DNA of 62,291 nucleotides, filler included, from Basidiobolus ranarum (Eukaryota): assembly GCA_040143965.1 (NCBI GenBank). It is 6 parts of 6 records of this genome, joined end to end, with 100 filler letters (N's around TTAATTAATTAA, not from the genome) between each part and the next. Parts side by side here need not be neighbours in the genome. Positions count along the whole stretch, not along the records: positions 52,014 to 62,291 come from JASJQH010000723.1; 5 more parts are not named here. One strand, 5' to 3'. Below the pieces are notes generated by a model that was not told the origin of the DNA, made no database searches, and saw nothing but the letters and a program-made list of their open reading frames with translations. The stretch's first letter is position 1. Every line of letters begins with the position of its first letter. The translations under genes and the position numbers were made by a program. Below are positions 58,601 through 62,291 of this stretch, one piece after another.

Positions 58601-60901
58601 ATCACCAGGTCTGTTAGGCATCGATTGAATTCCGTATTTCCTACTCTCAGGTTCGTTCAGGAACTTTTCGACCCGATCAGTGGATACTTTAGCCTGTATC
58701 ATACTACCGATCATGTCAGGCAATAAATCCAACGGGTTTTGCAGAGCCTTAAACAAAGCAAGAGAAGCGAATGCAATGGATGCGGTCAGGCTTTTGTTGG
58801 CAACATTGGTATATGTGTAGAAAGTGATGGCTGTCACGATCGCTGGGAAGATGAACCACAGAGTTCCACCATAGAGCCAAAGACGAAAACGTTGTTTGAG
58901 TACTGACAATTCTTTAGCCCTTGATTCATCCACTCTAGATTTGAATCGATGCTCCCAAGCGAAGAATTTAATGATTCGAATCCCCTGTAATACCTAATAA
59001 ACCGTATGAATGAGCTTAGAAATTTGCCAGCGAATAGTAGGGCGCTTCAGTTGGTTCAACTTACCTCATTGATAATGGAGATTCTCTTATCAGTGGCGGA
59101 CATTAGCTTTCTCTCCATCTTGGACCATTTAAATACTAAATAATAATTCAATGGTAGTGTTAAAGCTATTGTGAGAGAACCAGCAATAGCGCTCCATCCT
59201 AGCACTTGAAATAGATACAACACTGTAAGGATAATCTGCATTGGTAGGATGTACAAGTAATTTAGATATGCGCATATCTCGGCGATTTTGTGAGCATCTA
59301 CTGCCATAAGATTGGTGATCTTTCCTAGACTAGAGACGACATCCACTTCGGCATTTTCTTCGGTGGCGATGGCGACATCCTGTCTACGAAGACTTTTCGA
59401 ATAGACTTCACCGATGATGAGTGCTTTAAGGCCAATCCCTATTTTACGACCAATCCACAAACCCTGTGAACTGACGATGGATAGCGTAACATAGCCCCCC
59501 AACAGGCCAAACACATAGACATAGGCCATTTCACGTGAGTAAGATTCCGGATGTTCCAAATATCTTAAGATTCTTTGTAAGAAGAAAGGTCCGGAGAAAG
59601 TGAATAATATAACGAAATTAGAGTATACGAATTGAGTGAACAGGGGTTTTCGAAAAAAGTAGATTAATTTAAAAGTAAGTGATCGATGAGGAAATAGAGT
59701 ACTACATCATATGGGATAGGGATAATCCATGGAATTCAATTTGGAAAATTTAGTATGTTAATGCTAGGTTATAGTTGGTGTGAATTACTTTTACCTTTCC
59801 TCTTCGAATTTCTTACAGATATACTCGGATTTCTCTTGCTCTTGCAGGTCGTAGATATCATCGAATTCAATGCTCTTACGATACCCAGTGTAGATCATAG
59901 AGTTCATCCACGAGAACGTAGCTAGCGATAGAACGGATGCCCCCATCTCAGGAGAAGCTTTAAGGCCCTAATGCAATCTGATGTTAATAACAAGCTGACA
60001 GAGCAATGGTTACATAAATGGTGACTACTTTGACTGACGATGTAGAAGATGATTTGATAGGGTCGTACAAGGAAATGGAAGTAAGGAATAAACCAATTAA
60101 ACTTATTAGATGAAAGAATAGCAAAAGATCTTCTGGGTTGTGAAAGCTAAAATCGTCGGTCACTAAGCTTAGTCGAATTCTTAACCCTATAGAAATGATG
60201 TCAACAAAGTAAAACCCATTTAAATAGGTGTGAACTGATAGTCCGGGAAGGTTCACTTTAACATAACTTAAAATAGATAGTACTACTACATAAAGCTTAA
60301 TAGACAAAAGCTGGGTTAGCCATTTTTTTGACAAATACAGTGGGTGGCTTGAATTATTTACCCATGTTGTGAAGCTGACAATTGGACTTAGGAGAGCGGA
60401 CCAGGGATGTTTGTTGCCGTTGGTATGCTCCAACCATTTGATGGAGAATAAAATAGCAAAGACCCCTAATTGTATTAGTGAAAGTGACATTTGCAATATT
60501 TGTAGCTTGTGGCTACTCCTAGAGGCAGTTATTCCCAGTAAACTTTCTGTTTCATTGTTTTGACTATTGGTACTGAGTGAGTGTTCAGAGTCTCCGTCTC
60601 CTATTGTAGTATAAGCAAACCGTTTACGGAAAGCAACCAAGAATGTGAGAATTAGAGCTATGGAGAGCACTCCATAGAAGGCAGGGATTATGGATTCAAA
60701 AAGACTAAAAGTATACAGTAAATGAGTATGGCTGTACGTGAACCGAGTAAATAGAAGCTATCTACCTCTTTGGATGGCATTCTAGCAGATATTGAATGAG
60801 ACCTGAAGGCTACAAAAGAGTTAAATCTCACGAAGAATATAAAGCATGTTGCTATTATCTGTACATACATGAACGCCGTCCTGACAGTGTACGGAGCTCA
60901 T
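55651..60901 (-). CDS. ABCC/MRP transporter (Ybt1/Bpt1-like), multi-exon
   Basis: TMD-NBD-TMD-NBD layout; [70 protein letters not shown]. Start at 60901 is from my own exon reconstruction. Confidence 0.93.
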
Positions 60902-61879
60902 ATTGCCAACTTGAAATCCTATTGATAGCAGCGGCTTGCGAAAGAAGAGTGTTCTTAAATATATTTATTAGATTCGCATGTTGAAGGGAGGGGATAGCCA
61001 CAGTGTGGAGTTTTAGTTGCTACAATTCAGTACCCCCTAGATGTTCATGCTTTGTGATATATGTGAATCAATGTGATGGTTCAGTGCACGCAAGCTGGGT
61101 CTAATCAAATAGTATTAATTACGGAATTGGAATTGTTGGTTACCGAATAATTTCTATAGCACACATGGAATTTTAATTTAGGTGAGAAATGATGTGATTG
61201 TCACTTTAGTTGAGTATTCGAGGAAACATGATTGGATCACAAACTATATGGATATGGGTGGCAAAGCAAGTCATGGACTGATCAGACTTTCAAAAAGCGG
61301 ATATCTAGCCAAATGAGTATTTGCAGGATCCAAAGATTGTCAAGGAAATGCTTAGACTGTGTGGCTCTCGAACCTTTGTACCTCCTAAATGATTACCTAT
61401 CTTTGCACTTGGGTTTAATGTAGTAGTAACAAGTAGGAAAATGGTCGGTTGCTACGATCGAAAAGAATGCCCTGGTAGTACAGGGAGGACAGTCACAACA
61501 CAAAAGCCACATTTATCAGACATTCAAATAGACACGATATCTTACGACTGGTTAACTATTGATGCTTTTGTACGAAGCGACTCCACTGAATCTACACATA
61601 ATTGATTGTCTCTGGATGTCTCCTACCCTATGACATCTTATTCCCAAGCTTCGGAACACTTTCTCCCATGGTTCACTCGTTGATTTACTATAGTTGTGCA
61701 ATTAGAGGATCTTATTTAATACGATGGTATTCATCTTTGTTTCAACAAGCTTTTAAAAGGTTGTAGAGAAGGAGGAAGTGGTGATACTGGATAGCATGTA
61801 GACGACGTTCGATTTGGCGCATAGAGATAATTTAATTACTGGGTTTCTTATTTAATTGGCTTTACATTGGTGTTGCTCA

Positions 61880-62291
61880 AGGATTTTAAATACTTCCGAG
61901 TAGACAAGCTCTTTGGCATCTCTGGCCCACAGGAAATCTTCGATTCGTTGAATGCATTAGAATGGGATGAGGTAAAGTGAGTTAGTGAACGAAATGAAAT
62001 CCTTACCTAGATGTTCAAAGTGCTTAATTTCATGGCAGTGCTGCAGCTCAGGGAGTTGTGATTTTAGATTTTCTATATCACACAGGGAATCACTTCCACC
62101 GTAGAACATGGCAATCGGGGTGGTGATCTGGTTGGTTGTAAACCGGTGACAGATGTGTCCGTTCGTAGGTTTAGCAGAAGGGAAGATCGTGGGGGATTCA
62201 TCAAAGAACCTGAAAGATCCAGAGTTGATGATCTGAAACCAATGCTATATGATAATAGATTTGTTCGTTGGTATGAAAAACTATCAATAGA
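61880..62291 (+). CDS. Possible exons of an unidentified gene running off the window
   Basis: Open frames flanked by ag/gt splice-like sites (DFKYFRVDKLFG...WDE; GITSTVEHG...). No motif recognised. Confidence 0.25.

Overview
This is not one locus. It is six unrelated ~10.3-kb contigs in descending size order, joined by artificial 100-nt N/TTAATTAATTAA spacers. Contigs 2-6 are intron-rich nuclear DNA of an early-diverging fungus; an EFL gene suggests a Basidiobolus/Entomophthorales/chytrid-type lineage (inference). They encode BRE1, MCCC2, Rab6, GAPDH (partial), enolase, a tail-anchored coiled-coil protein, mitochondrial LeuRS, EFL (partial), a rhodanese-domain phosphatase (partial), a BTB-like protein, DDX41, a CUE protein, an F-box/LRR protein, an aldo-keto reductase, a C2H2 factor, STIMATE, a SET methyltransferase, a formin, a frameshifted arrestin and an ABCC transporter. 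Contig 1 is the standout: AT-rich, intronless, tightly packed and CpG-poor. It carries a decayed giant-virus (Nucleocytoviricota) transcription module: a stand-alone C-terminal part of RNA polymerase Rpb1, a very compact Rpb2 N-terminus, an early transcription factor large subunit (VETF-L) and a DUF2738-type ssDNA-binding-like protein. The motifs resemble those of irido-, marseille- and pithoviruses. The genes carry premature stops compatible with C-to-T changes plus frameshifts, a recurring T6A6 palindrome marks gene ends, and a TE-like insertion truncates Rpb2. The best reading is an endogenised, silenced and probably undescribed fungal DNA virus. All homology calls are by-eye motif recognition; no database search was run.
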